64,000 nucleotides of DNA from the IMG/VR virus record IMGVR_UViG_3300020312_000001. The stretch is one strand, 5' to 3'. The DNA is from an uncultured virus (IMG/VR IMGVR_UViG_3300020312_000001) (Duplodnaviria; Heunggongvirae; Uroviricota; Caudoviricetes; Crassvirales). A program made the position numbers and the translations under genes. How positions within the stretch are numbered: the first letter of the stretch is position 1; every line of letters begins with the position of its first letter. The notes beneath the pieces were generated by a model that saw only the letters and a program-made list of their open reading frames with translations, was not told the origin of the DNA and ran no database searches. This document shows, one piece after another, positions 51,701-59,011 of the stretch.

Positions 51701-52847
51701 CCCCGAGCAAGCAGCTCAAGATGCTTGGAGTGATTTTCAAGAAATTGCTGAGGAAACACAGCAGTCGTCTAGACCTGATTTAATATCTAATCAACAAGCT
51801 GGACCATTAGGTAGATTAATACTAGCTTGGCAAAATACTCCAATGCAGATGACTAGATTAACTAAGAAAGCTATATCAGACTTAGTTAATGGTAGAGGTG
51901 ATCCAAAACAACATATATCAAGAATAATGTACTATGGTCTTATTCAGAACTTAATATTTGGAACACTACAAACAGGATTAGGATTCTTACTATTTGGTGA
52001 TGATGAGGAAGATGAGAAAAGAAAGAAGATGTCAACTGAAAGAGTTTTAAACGGAGCTTTAGATACTCTACTTAGAGGTACTGGTGTTTATGGAGCAGCT
52101 ATATCTACAGTTAAAAATACTATAATGGAGTTTTATGAGCAAAGAAGAAAAGGTTGGGGAGCTGATCACGGTTACACTGTTATAGAAGCTATAAATTTAT
52201 CACCACCTATTGGTAGTAAACTGCGTAAAGTTTACAAAGCTATACAAGCTGACAAATGGAATAGAGGGGTTGGTAAGAAATTAGGTTTTAGAGTTGAAAG
52301 TCCAGGTGCTGTTATTGCTGCAAATATTATAGAAGCATTAACAAATGCACCTGTTGCTAGATTACTTAACAAAGCTAATCACATAGAAGAAGCTTTAACT
52401 GGTAACCATGAGATGTGGCAGAGAATGGCTTTACTAGGTGGATGGGACATGTGGTCTGTTGGAGTTAAAGACGAAGAGGTAGAGCAAGCTAAAGCAGATA
52501 TAAAGCGAGAAAAGAAAGAACAAAAAGAACTTGAAAAAATACAGAAGAAAAAAGAAAAAGAAGAACAAAAGAAAATAGAAGAACAGAAAGAGAAAGAAAG
52601 AAAAGAAAAAGAGGGTATAAAAACAGTTCGGTGTTCTGGTACAAATTCCAGCGGCAGAAGATGTGGTTTAACAACTGAAACAAAAAAGAAAACCTGGAAA
52701 TGTCCTCACCACGCTGAGTTTAAAGATGGTAGTGATACAGATGGGGACGGTATAAAAGAATATAGATGTACAGCTGTGAAATCAAACGGTAAGCGCTGTA
52801 AGAACAAAACTGAGAATAAGAACAAGAAATGTTATGCTCACCAATAA
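42744..52847 (+). CDS. giant multidomain virion/ejected protein (3367 aa) with zincin HExxH, HAD-like and Cys3His motifs
   Basis: GAHEFVHAAF; SVFDFDETL...ILTARP...K...YFVDD; C-terminal tandem C-x9-C-x10/12-C-x2-H. Confidence 0.8.
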   Translation: MSKIYMIDGQPHEVSEEKEKSFLETNKDSNPVLSHVKAGNTYVNMETGVLETPDWSDQVTIGPMPEEHYSGNQQSSTEGATVEQNTTAQNQNESSVSNLEDGSSVLQNNQQANFTGPLQEDGTQGEGHRSTSELALEEDISNARATVSQDSDGDGITDVNENSINRVNDYYKDTLYNETEAPGLQEQYDQAYDQQMQDFLWGEQRKSTVSKIGYDKFDSMSVGSKAGVPKKKTAARDIQTDVDQIYNKTIQDVAVQDYIKNLTSEFLPDGKTKNPNYDPNFDISDLSPEDKRKFINSIIEQDDNGEFINQKFPEFLNKAKEEATDVRNRRVELNQKLEKGEINQEQYDEELKLLNGYTDDEGNVINPEDRFHANFENSLFHADKQSELRKQLNIELEEGKETHRQKKKHKKEQLETAEKLLTDKQREIQMNIDSQAQLNEKQEKLLSSVKTDHAWLISEKEGEGVWTRNRLEELQNTKIEGDPAILDKIKTLSETPVEGDQAILSQIEKIANGTYTTQEQVDAAKAKIEALQEEYRVSAEANLKNVNDQITALAQEYDSQVKEKAAIAQKEYTDLYNNYTGKQKNINDAQKQAQEWDALSATLNDEFKALDLDIQDLSVYAQQSRKYRKTFGASAMASTISGFAKNFGDFGEMLFDVKDNFLDKHIKDPNIRKAVDVMTYMLPGGLQIAMGDLMFNTKDKEEGALFDLRDKDGKAQSLWDIAGGAWEETQYKYLDQYHEDPVDFDDVYKSWEDGEPNWANTMEWGLTTAITQIPVVATLAATSAMGCPMCGLGVLSANSMGNKYNQLQEEVELSKKTGGVYGNRYSFGQMVLNSTIHGGVEGALEYFTAGIIGKTMGSFLKQPMKESAKLGFNSFTRKAIFTPKNAAYAFGESLEETFAEGGTAVGQNLADIFILGKKDVGVWDNVLESSISGFGMGTMFQSPRLLAHARRPFSTSDSNQQIGEMANKMSEISDEITRLRNTNNPENLKKIERLEQQYVELTNRTAQIMEYDIKRVDALSNEQKAELVEMERRTLQDRVEAEKIRSDDSLTKEERAEKLDNLKKNVDARNAKKEEILNSIEPKVVHDNYDRINTFIQKNVDLANKMGPVKTTFRRVNAKEFEKRSIKGEGLDSKAELENIVSKSKGISDAMDEIINDPNSSPEEIADAKRIKKENSVADNIRIGEDMLMSKNNFGTMIPQIKDGKLVGMEILINEDTALENGEFTVGAHEFVHAAFRNTLGGDPVARVAMGKQIDKIINDKDVEFASKTARKKYNERLKLYDGNIQGEEKLAFLSEMVLNEDVKFKNDGPINKIKGLLRRFSQNVLGFPIKFDNKNDVVNFLKDYKKAYDTNSASPAIAKMLQKGANGEIFNDPRSLKQRNAEQAFSRAVDLNRQQNPDLKREFDQFILNSDGKPKYKSHQEFKDSPDYSGALLTLLEGRAHDGLIMQGMTDAGVQPDQMREFVQNVKQELARRFQGGLNKDSSDKIEQIEEQIKKKEISIKEGVRQIEAIKNNRDNYLAEFNYDIVKDDKVSLFGWLTGSYKAIHWAKEDVKKAWVRSRPGFGGPSLDQQISTEEGSATLKDRVGGVQDATIESIDEMDLSFGRKSALKEIVREGTVKDVLGFDGDTRSAIESSINDADVSIKDMKYKDVKRLLDDVTMLTKVDKKTGKPQVHKTGKRKGQVKLFRPTSSMKTTPEGAAFGVLNAVSAEFGIDPLRILANQDLDGQQRTDAQNYIFEKSVNDDGSFNKTLLDILPEGEDRSGWATGVANTDLGDFYTKGERVRVGEGAAKEGGQKAEQIKRKRITKQEFLNKFGINQDGTFKKGTSADGAIRQLVLQVAQTAANQQLREKALSRGELKEAIVAKLGDGKSEQMWSKAPVVNREAAIEDVADNVNQNTQKGEVEGIVNGVVDAWTEKGVSKKNKEVNDLKKFLLDTIDKFIFRKKILKSNYNVTLKEDVKNRDAQLTDEAADKSLKEKLNLDTPPGNEFLSVEGVKSIRNEVSNGFAQMGKDMGIVDATRMYLTHGVNAFTGSGKTGDGRIINDKNGDPIVDPNWEDRGDIPGNKWKRWDSKSISKAPKGTKVGDLKLNSKGQRILKDNRYKPFATIEDYIKHLNKVAGSFGINNQELIRKSKEKGFTYEVWDGKKYIPVKTNMLKESNSEALKDVGNKERQKQRARESAEAREFSKWHIERAFNNPNVSDSSLGAIMMNLGSGMNSPMRKAAQLTMVVKNAEQIIDWHKKNIAKIRKLFGSSVPALRYEHSESKAVINNRILESLMQTSKDGGPGFIADNVWEGYEVFVIPGVWDHAQNLANFKTKSAKEGELRATSMETIAELINMVQQLGPQSAVNISGFNSVEVQTNVAKEKKIQSAVDVAAKILKLKPVSQVSQDVAIETGRLVRQLNSKLASDSKSMDKSEGMSVFDFDETLIIDGKNVVVATNPKTKETEVISSEDWPTRGTELMELGWSMNFDDFINVRGGVKGPLFKKLLNRIKKYGPDNNFILTARPQESAVAIHGWLKSKGVNIPLNNITGLGNSTGDAKAQWILNKYKEGYNDVYFVDDAMQNVDAVKHVMDQLDIKGSSVQAKVDFNKNVDAEFNQILADTSKMDPLKRVTAQEAAMLGKKKGGSLLKNFFIPPSAEDFKGLLYRFLAKGKKGDQHMEFFKKNLLDPYSKAYTNWNSYKQNMSNEYSTLKKSFPNVVKSMKDIVPGTNLTNDHAIRAYLWNKGGLEVPGLSDAQKQVLVDHVSNNPELSGFADNLSKITRLEEGYIRPDENWTVKNIARDLNDIVKNVGRKQFFEEWKNNKDQIFSKENLNKIEAIHGTNFRQELEKMLYRMETGSNRVTGKNRHVNRFMDWINGSVGAVMFFNMRSASLQTISMANFINWKDNNIFAASKAFANQPQFWKDFAMIFNSPMLKQRRAGMQIDVNANELMEAFSEGKSKPEAVIKWMLEKGFLPTQMADSFAIAMGGAPFYRNRLDKYIKEGKHPEQAAQDAWSDFQEIAEETQQSSRPDLISNQQAGPLGRLILAWQNTPMQMTRLTKKAISDLVNGRGDPKQHISRIMYYGLIQNLIFGTLQTGLGFLLFGDDEEDEKRKKMSTERVLNGALDTLLRGTGVYGAAISTVKNTIMEFYEQRRKGWGADHGYTVIEAINLSPPIGSKLRKVYKAIQADKWNRGVGKKLGFRVESPGAVIAANIIEALTNAPVARLLNKANHIEEALTGNHEMWQRMALLGGWDMWSVGVKDEEVEQAKADIKREKKEQKELEKIQKKKEKEEQKKIEEQKEKERKEKEGIKTVRCSGTNSSGRRCGLTTETKKKTWKCPHHAEFKDGSDTDGDGIKEYRCTAVKSNGKRCKNKTENKNKKCYAHQ

Positions 52848-52865
52848 ACGTGTAATAATATAATT

Positions 52866-53264
52866 ATGGCTTATAGTGATAAACATAAGGAGAAGAGAAG
52901 TAAACTTGAAGATCAAGTAAGAAAGTATAATGATATACAGTACTTCTATAAGGGTACCAAGCAGAGTGGCAAGCTACCTATTTTAGATCAAAAAAGAATA
53001 ACATAAAAAGTAAAATATGATAAATTGGATTAACTCCTGGAAAGCAGGTAATAAAAAAGATAGATACGAATTAGCATTAAGAATAAGTACATTAACTGTA
53101 TTTGAATTAATGTTTTGCCCTTGCTGGGTTTGTGAAAATAAAGGTAAGTGTGCTAGGTTTAGACTGATGATTTTAAACTTTGGATTTGAAATATAATGTG
53201 TCCTTGTCCAATATGTATAACAGCTATAGTTCTTGCAGCATGTAGTTATAAATTATTAAAATGA
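52866..53264 (+). other. three small ORFs (52866-53006, 53017-53196, 53196-53264)
   Basis: Manual translations: MAYSDKHKE...KRIT*, MINWINSWKAGNKKDRYE...FCPCWVCENKGKCARF...GFEI* and MCPCPICITAIVLAACSYKLLK*. The last two are stop/start coupled to the next gene. Confidence 0.5.
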
Positions 53265-53977
53265 AATGGATAGGTGCTCACATATGGGATTGGGTTTCTA
53301 GATTTCGTAACGACGTTTATTTAGAGGATGTTACTGAATCTACACAGTCTCATATTGTTGGTATAGATTCTGACGGAAAACTATATAAACAAGATCCACC
53401 AACAGTACCAGCTACAACAAAGTATGTACATCTACCTCCAGTGAGTTATATGTATTACTTATGGTATATTAATTACTACGATCGGTATTACTCGCCTAGT
53501 GGATACGCTCAACAATTAGCTAATGCTGGTACTGCTATAACAGCTAATATAACTACCTCTAACCAAGCTCAACACGCGGGTTATGTAGCTCCAAGAGCAT
53601 GTAAGTTGAAGTCTATATCTGCTACTTTTTATATGTGGTCAAATTATTTTGGAAGTACAGGTGGTCACACTAATATACCCTTAGAATTTGAAATAATAAA
53701 ATGGACACCTGGAGATGGCTCAACTAGTAGTGTAACACCCGCTGTAATGACCGCAACAGATCATGATGGGAATTATCTTGAGTTTAGAATTTATAATAAG
53801 AAGTGGGTTGTAACAGATGATGCAAATTCAACATTAGCCGCTGGTGATGCATTTAATATATTCTGTAAATGCACGACTCAAGGTATTGTTCAAACTGGAG
53901 GTAGTGCGGGTGATACCACCAACACTACACAGATCTTGATGAGAGGTGAAATGACATATGAAATAGAACTTACGTAA
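53261..53977 (+). CDS. putative tail fibre / virion protein
   Basis: 238 aa; 'MKWIG.HIWD..SRFR.DVYLE' N-terminus and beta-rich C-terminus. Confidence 0.6.
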   Translation: MKWIGAHIWDWVSRFRNDVYLEDVTESTQSHIVGIDSDGKLYKQDPPTVPATTKYVHLPPVSYMYYLWYINYYDRYYSPSGYAQQLANAGTAITANITTSNQAQHAGYVAPRACKLKSISATFYMWSNYFGSTGGHTNIPLEFEIIKWTPGDGSTSSVTPAVMTATDHDGNYLEFRIYNKKWVVTDDANSTLAAGDAFNIFCKCTTQGIVQTGGSAGDTTNTTQILMRGEMTYEIELT

Positions 53978-53978
53978 C

Positions 53979-54575
53979 ATGGCTTTAACAGATAAAAAAT
54001 ACGAAACAATACATGACAAGACTGGTAACGATAAGAATAAAATAAAGGAGGTTCACGATGATAAGTCTTTAGATGTGATAGCTAGCTTTCCTGAAAATAG
54101 TGATCCATTTATAACATCGTTAGTTCATCAAATATCCTTGATGCAGGAAGAATTAGATTATCTCAGAACAGAGATATCAGCTAATAAAGATAAAACTGGG
54201 ATATCAACTAGTCAAGCAAGTGCTATTACAGCTAATACAGCTAAGACAGGTATAACAACCCAGCAGGCTACTGACATAACAGATAATAAAAACGAGGCTA
54301 AAAGGCTTGATGGTCTTGTTACAACTAACGCCACTAATATAACAGTTAATGCTAGGAGTATAGGAATAAATAATGCAGCCGCAATAAATGTGGGTGCTTA
54401 TCCATCAAATACCTTTATGCCAGCAGGTACTACTCAGAGTCACGGGTCTGAAATAGTTTATGACACTAAGCAAAAAAAGTATTTTCTAAATATTTATTAC
54501 ATAGAAGATACACCGGCTAAGGGTGGTAAGAAGGGTCAAAGAATAATAAGAGCAGGACAAATAGAATTAAAATAA
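53979..54575 (+). CDS. fibrous coiled-coil protein
   Basis: Repeats 'ISANKDKTGISTSQASAITANTAKTGITTQQATDITDN'. Confidence 0.65.
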   Translation: MALTDKKYETIHDKTGNDKNKIKEVHDDKSLDVIASFPENSDPFITSLVHQISLMQEELDYLRTEISANKDKTGISTSQASAITANTAKTGITTQQATDITDNKNEAKRLDGLVTTNATNITVNARSIGINNAAAINVGAYPSNTFMPAGTTQSHGSEIVYDTKQKKYFLNIYYIEDTPAKGGKKGQRIIRAGQIELK

Positions 54576-54576
54576 T

Positions 54577-54894
54577 ATGTCAATACATAAAGTAATATCA
54601 AATACGGTAGCACAAACACTGGTAGAAAAAAATACAGCAGTTTTTTTTAAAGGCAGAATTGGTGGTGTTAATAAAATAACAATGACAAACGTTCACGCTA
54701 GCGCAGAACCAGTTATGCATTTATTTATACAAAACCCAGATGTTAGTCCTGTTGAGACGTACACGATAGCTAAAACAAAAATACCTGTGAACACAACTTT
54801 AGTTTTAAGTGATAATGTTAGTTTTGATGGTACCAAGTATAGTTTAAAAGTTCAAGCAGATGGCACAGTTGATTGCCATGTAATAGTAAAATAA
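54577..54894 (+). CDS. small beta-rich virion protein
   Basis: 105-aa ORF whose stop overlaps the next start. Confidence 0.65.
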   Translation: MSIHKVISNTVAQTLVEKNTAVFFKGRIGGVNKITMTNVHASAEPVMHLFIQNPDVSPVETYTIAKTKIPVNTTLVLSDNVSFDGTKYSLKVQADGTVDCHVIVK

Positions 54895-55391
54895 TGAAAT
54901 TAGAGGTAATTAGAATAAGTAGTGGGTCTGATAGTACGAATGGTGTATTATTAGAACTAGATAGATTAGCTTCAAATCCTCACGGAGAAGGATTTAGATG
55001 TAAAAGAGAGTTTTTAGCTTACACGCTAGAAGACGAGCAAAGAGATGAAAAAGTATATGGAGAAACAAGAATACCAAATGGAACTTACAAGTTGGCTCTC
55101 AGAAAAACCGGAGGGTATCATCAAAAGTATAGTAAGCGTTTTCCAGACATTCATATTGGGATGCTTCACGTTACTAATGTGCCTGGTTTTGAGTATATTC
55201 TTATACATTGCGGTAATACCGATGAGCATACAGCTGGTTGTCTCCTCGTTGGCGACTCCCAAGAAAACAACCAAATCACGAAGGACGGTTTTATAGGAAA
55301 ATCGACTCAAGCATATAAAAGAATTTATCCACGAATAGCAGAAGCTATTGAATGTGGGGAAGAAGTAACAATAACATATAAGACAATTTAA
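54894..55391 (+). CDS. DUF5675-like protein, candidate cell-wall enzyme (start revised to MKLEVIR)
   Basis: 'YTLED....VYGETRIPNGTY...NVPGFEYILIHCGNT..HTAGCLLVG' has the His/Cys pattern of the L,D-transpeptidase-like fold. Confidence 0.7.
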   Translation: MKLEVIRISSGSDSTNGVLLELDRLASNPHGEGFRCKREFLAYTLEDEQRDEKVYGETRIPNGTYKLALRKTGGYHQKYSKRFPDIHIGMLHVTNVPGFEYILIHCGNTDEHTAGCLLVGDSQENNQITKDGFIGKSTQAYKRIYPRIAEAIECGEEVTITYKTI

Positions 55392-55393
55392 TT

Positions 55394-55801
55394 ATGGCAG
55401 GATTTAAACTACCAAAAGATCTAGAGGTAATAGCAAACGAACACGGCTTAAGCAAAGGTGAGGTTGAACAGTTTGCAAATAAACACAATGTAACTGGTTT
55501 AACCAGAGGTGGAGGCGCCCCAACAAAAGCTTCTAGCCCTGATGATATGATGGCACAAGCTTACGCTAGTAACACAGCTGTTACATCAGATAGAAGATTT
55601 TATGCTGATAAAAAAGACGCAGCGGCTGATAGGAAGGAAAGAAAAATACATGGCGAAGGGGGTTTGATGGACAAGCTTCATGCAGCAGAACCAGGATCTG
55701 GTAGAGCTAAGAGATTAGAAAATAGAATAGCTAGAAAACAAGGTGCTATTGATAGAAAAAGAAAAAAAGCAAAAAACATAAGAACAGGACCACATTATTA
55801 A
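55394..55801 (+). CDS. basic hypothetical protein (MAGFKL leader variant)
   Basis: 135 aa with a K/R-rich C-terminus. Confidence 0.65.
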   Translation: MAGFKLPKDLEVIANEHGLSKGEVEQFANKHNVTGLTRGGGAPTKASSPDDMMAQAYASNTAVTSDRRFYADKKDAAADRKERKIHGEGGLMDKLHAAEPGSGRAKRLENRIARKQGAIDRKRKKAKNIRTGPHY

Positions 55802-55819
55802 AAATTAAAAAAATAAGAT

Positions 55820-56011
55820 ATGTATAGAAAACAAATGACTCCAGGCATGGCAGCATGCAAGAAGAAATATGGTGGCAAGAAAGATAGCCCATATGACTAT
55901 TCTTTAGAAATGGGAGCTGGACAATCAGTAGAAAAAGTACAGCAACCAGGACAAGACTTAGCTTTCGGCTTAACTGAAGCTGGTAAGAAGCTGAAGGAAT
56001 ACGGTATGTAA
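55820..56011 (+). CDS. small hypothetical protein
   Basis: 63-aa ORF preceded by an A-rich leader. Confidence 0.55.
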   Translation: MYRKQMTPGMAACKKKYGGKKDSPYDYSLEMGAGQSVEKVQQPGQDLAFGLTEAGKKLKEYGM

Positions 56012-56015
56012 TAAA

Positions 56016-57071
56016 ATGAAAAATATATTTATATTACTGCTTTTATCTATCAGTGTTATAGGTAATGCACAAATAAAAGACTTTTTTAAATACTCAACGT
56101 TTTATACTTCAATGACAATGGGTACGTCTTTTATAGAAGATGAAGATTATATTGCTGTAAATAAAGGATACGAAGACGTTACTGAAGTTAATCCTTATGA
56201 TTATAATTTAACGATCGGGTTGAGGAAAATCGCCCGTATGGATTATGAGTATAAGGTTAAGACGTGGTATTACGGAACTGAAGATGGAGTAAGTGATAAC
56301 GTAACAATAGGTAACGCTATTGGTTGGGAGTATTTACTTAACTATTCTTTTATTAGAGAGCGTGGAGAAAAATTTAATAATCAAAATTTTTGGTTAAGAT
56401 ACTTGGGTAATAGTTGTGTTACTAAATTGCAATATACAGATAACCAAAGGGTTGATTTAAGATTTGGATCTTTTGATACTAGGTTTAGGTTAACTAAGGG
56501 CAATTGGGACTTCACTTTAGGGGCTGTAGCTAGAATACATCCCGTATATGGTGTAACACCAATAGATGATTTTTGGGTACCAGGAGAAAACACGTTTCAA
56601 GATTTAGCTGAAGACTTTGGGTATGCAGCGCAACCTTGGATTCAAGGATTTTATATCGACCAGAATTGGTACGATGTTAGTGGTGGAGATTCCGTACTTA
56701 TCGCTACCTCAAACGACGAGTTTTTCCACCACTATTTCGGAGACGCAGTTGCTAGATTTAATGAGCGTGAACTTGAGAAATTAGGTTTACAAAAAGAACT
56801 AAGCGCTGTTGTCGGTGTGGCCTACTATAAGTACACACCTAAATTATGGCTACATATTTGGGCTAACTGCTTACCTTTACATTATGGTTTAGATGAGTAT
56901 TCATTTGAATATGGAGAGGAAAAATACGATAATATAGAGTGGGATGCTGGTATTGTATTTGGCTCAAGGATTACTAAGTCACTTGGGATGTTTATTGAGG
57001 GAACTCATATGAAGTACTGGGACAAACCAGTATATGAAGTGAAGTTTGGTTTTAACTATTTAATATTTTAA
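56016..57071 (+). CDS. putative outer-membrane beta-barrel protein
   Basis: Signal peptide ending ..GNA/Q, alternating aromatic strands, C-terminal 'VKFGFNYLIF'. Confidence 0.65.
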   Translation: MKNIFILLLLSISVIGNAQIKDFFKYSTFYTSMTMGTSFIEDEDYIAVNKGYEDVTEVNPYDYNLTIGLRKIARMDYEYKVKTWYYGTEDGVSDNVTIGNAIGWEYLLNYSFIRERGEKFNNQNFWLRYLGNSCVTKLQYTDNQRVDLRFGSFDTRFRLTKGNWDFTLGAVARIHPVYGVTPIDDFWVPGENTFQDLAEDFGYAAQPWIQGFYIDQNWYDVSGGDSVLIATSNDEFFHHYFGDAVARFNERELEKLGLQKELSAVVGVAYYKYTPKLWLHIWANCLPLHYGLDEYSFEYGEEKYDNIEWDAGIVFGSRITKSLGMFIEGTHMKYWDKPVYEVKFGFNYLIF

Positions 57072-57073
57072 TT

Positions 57074-57454
57074 ATGCCGTTTAAAATGAGAGGCTTTACG
57101 CCATATAAATTAACAGACGAAGATGAGAATACATCTGGAATACAAGTAGACTCTAAAGACAAAGATAAAGAGTTTACAAAAGAAAACTTACCTTATTATG
57201 ATGAAGTATCTGCCGTTCAAGTGGGTGATGATGGAGGTAAGTTTGTTCACACTATAACAGATGATGAATATTACGACCCCAATGAACCTAATTTTGTGGG
57301 CGATTTTCAACCAGGTATAAAAAGAGATACTATACATGTTCAAGAAAGATACCCTGAGGGCCATTTAATAGATGAAACGGAATGGGAAGAAGGCGAAGCT
57401 TTAAAGAACGCTGAAATAGAAGATAAAGAGTTTAGAGATAAAATAAAAGAATAA
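57074..57454 (+). CDS. MPFK-leader acidic protein
   Basis: Starts MPFKMRGFTPYK. Confidence 0.7.
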   Translation: MPFKMRGFTPYKLTDEDENTSGIQVDSKDKDKEFTKENLPYYDEVSAVQVGDDGGKFVHTITDDEYYDPNEPNFVGDFQPGIKRDTIHVQERYPEGHLIDETEWEEGEALKNAEIEDKEFRDKIKE

Positions 57455-58134
57455 TGAAAAAATATATTATAATACTATTTGCGTTTATTGGCTCGTTCGT
57501 TAATGCGCAAGGATACGACTTTCAACAGTTATGTTTAAACTGTGCAGAACAAAATGGTTTTTATTGTGGAGATGATCCAGCAAACTGGACGCAGTATTCA
57601 CCAGAGGGGTGTGTGCCAAATGGTGCTGGTGGATTAGAATACTTAAATGATGGATGGGAAGATTGCGTAGATGGCTCAGATGAGAATGGAGCTGTACCAA
57701 CCACAGCTGCGGATTGCGGTCCAGTTGGTCCTGGTCCCTGTGATACTGTTTTTGTTGAGATACCAATTATACAATATGAATATATATTTGACACAATCGT
57801 TGAATATGAGACCGTTGTTGAATACGACACAATCGTTGAGACTGAATACGTATATAACGTTGATACGGTTTATGCTGACGTCTTAGATACAATGTTTATT
57901 GATGTTATTGAGTATGTTGAGATATTCGTTGTAGACACTGTAATAGAAATACAATATGAAGAAATTGTAGAATATATCGATTGTGATTCAGGTTTACCTT
58001 GTAATTCAAGCATTATGGAAATAGTGGATAAATCAAAACAAAACTCTGTAATATATAATATTAAAGGGCAAGCAATTTTAACAAGAGAAGGATTGTACAT
58101 AGAGAACGGAAAAATTTATTATAAAACTAAATAG
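57454..58134 (+). CDS. secreted protein with LDL-receptor class A-like motif, DT-V repeats and T9SS-like C-terminal signal
   Basis: Signal peptide ..VNA/Q; 'LNDGWEDCVDGSDE'; DTIVEY repeats; C-terminal 'IYNIKGQ.....GLYIENGKIYYK'. Confidence 0.7.
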   Translation: MKKYIIILFAFIGSFVNAQGYDFQQLCLNCAEQNGFYCGDDPANWTQYSPEGCVPNGAGGLEYLNDGWEDCVDGSDENGAVPTTAADCGPVGPGPCDTVFVEIPIIQYEYIFDTIVEYETVVEYDTIVETEYVYNVDTVYADVLDTMFIDVIEYVEIFVVDTVIEIQYEEIVEYIDCDSGLPCNSSIMEIVDKSKQNSVIYNIKGQAILTREGLYIENGKIYYKTK

Positions 58135-58136
58135 TT

Positions 58137-58667
58137 ATGGCATTCAAAATGAAGGGTTTTAGCCCATTTACAAAGAAAACAGGAAATCCTGATTTAGAAC
58201 AAGGATTAGGTAATGATGAGGATATGAGAGAATATCTGGAAAGAAAAGAAAAAGAAAAAGCTGGCGCGGCTAAAACACCACCGCCGCGTGAAAAGGAAGA
58301 GTTCAAAGAGCCAGAGGTAGAGGAGAATCCTGAAGAAGAAACTAAACCTAAAAGCTCAAGATGGGAAGAAAGAGCTGATGTGGAAGAAAAAACTAAAGAT
58401 GAGGAAGATGATGATTTACCTTTTAAAATGAGCGTGTCGTTTAGTAGTCCATTTACAAAAACAAAAGATGATCCAGTTGATAAAAATTGGAAAGAAAATC
58501 AAAGTATAATGGATGACTTAAAATCTCTTAAAGAGGATTTAAGGGACGCTAAAACTCCAGAAGAAAAAAGAAAAATTCAAATGGACATAGAGCAAACTCA
58601 GAAGATAATCGACAAGGGTTACGAAGAGAGTAGTCAACTAAACCCTAATAATCCAGATAGAGACTAA
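58137..58667 (+). CDS. MAFK-leader protein with a second internal leader copy
   Basis: MAFKMKGFSPFTK at the N-terminus and PFKMSVSFSSPFTK internally. Confidence 0.75.
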   Translation: MAFKMKGFSPFTKKTGNPDLEQGLGNDEDMREYLERKEKEKAGAAKTPPPREKEEFKEPEVEENPEEETKPKSSRWEERADVEEKTKDEEDDDLPFKMSVSFSSPFTKTKDDPVDKNWKENQSIMDDLKSLKEDLRDAKTPEEKRKIQMDIEQTQKIIDKGYEESSQLNPNNPDRD

Positions 58668-59011
58668 TGGCAAAAGAATTATCAGAAGATAGTAAGTTTA
58701 ATATAAGTATTAAAACTTTAATCAGTATAGTTGTAGCTGTTGCTACTGTTATATCAGCTTATTTTGGTTTAATGAGCACTATTAATTCTAAGTTTGGAGA
58801 ACTAGAACTCAAAGTTAATGAAGCTTTAGAATTACCAAAGCCTGGAACAGGTATATATACAATTGATATGGGTGATCCAGCGGCTACTAATACTTGGCCT
58901 CCAACTAGAATGGAGTTTAATATGAAAGATCAAATGGCTCGTAATCAAATAGACATGTTGATTAAAGAGATAGAGGAAATTAATGAAGAAATTAAACTAT
59001 TAAGAAAATGA
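58667..59011 (+). CDS. single-pass membrane protein with coiled-coil
   Basis: Transmembrane segment 'LISIVVAVATVISAYFGL' and C-terminal heptads. Confidence 0.7.
   Translation: MAKELSEDSKFNISIKTLISIVVAVATVISAYFGLMSTINSKFGELELKVNEALELPKPGTGIYTIDMGDPAATNTWPPTRMEFNMKDQMARNQIDMLIKEIEEINEEIKLLRK

Noticed and set aside
8472..58100. Many short ORFs nested in or antisense to large plus-strand genes
   Set aside because: Shadows of the long coding frames, with no motifs or independent starts.
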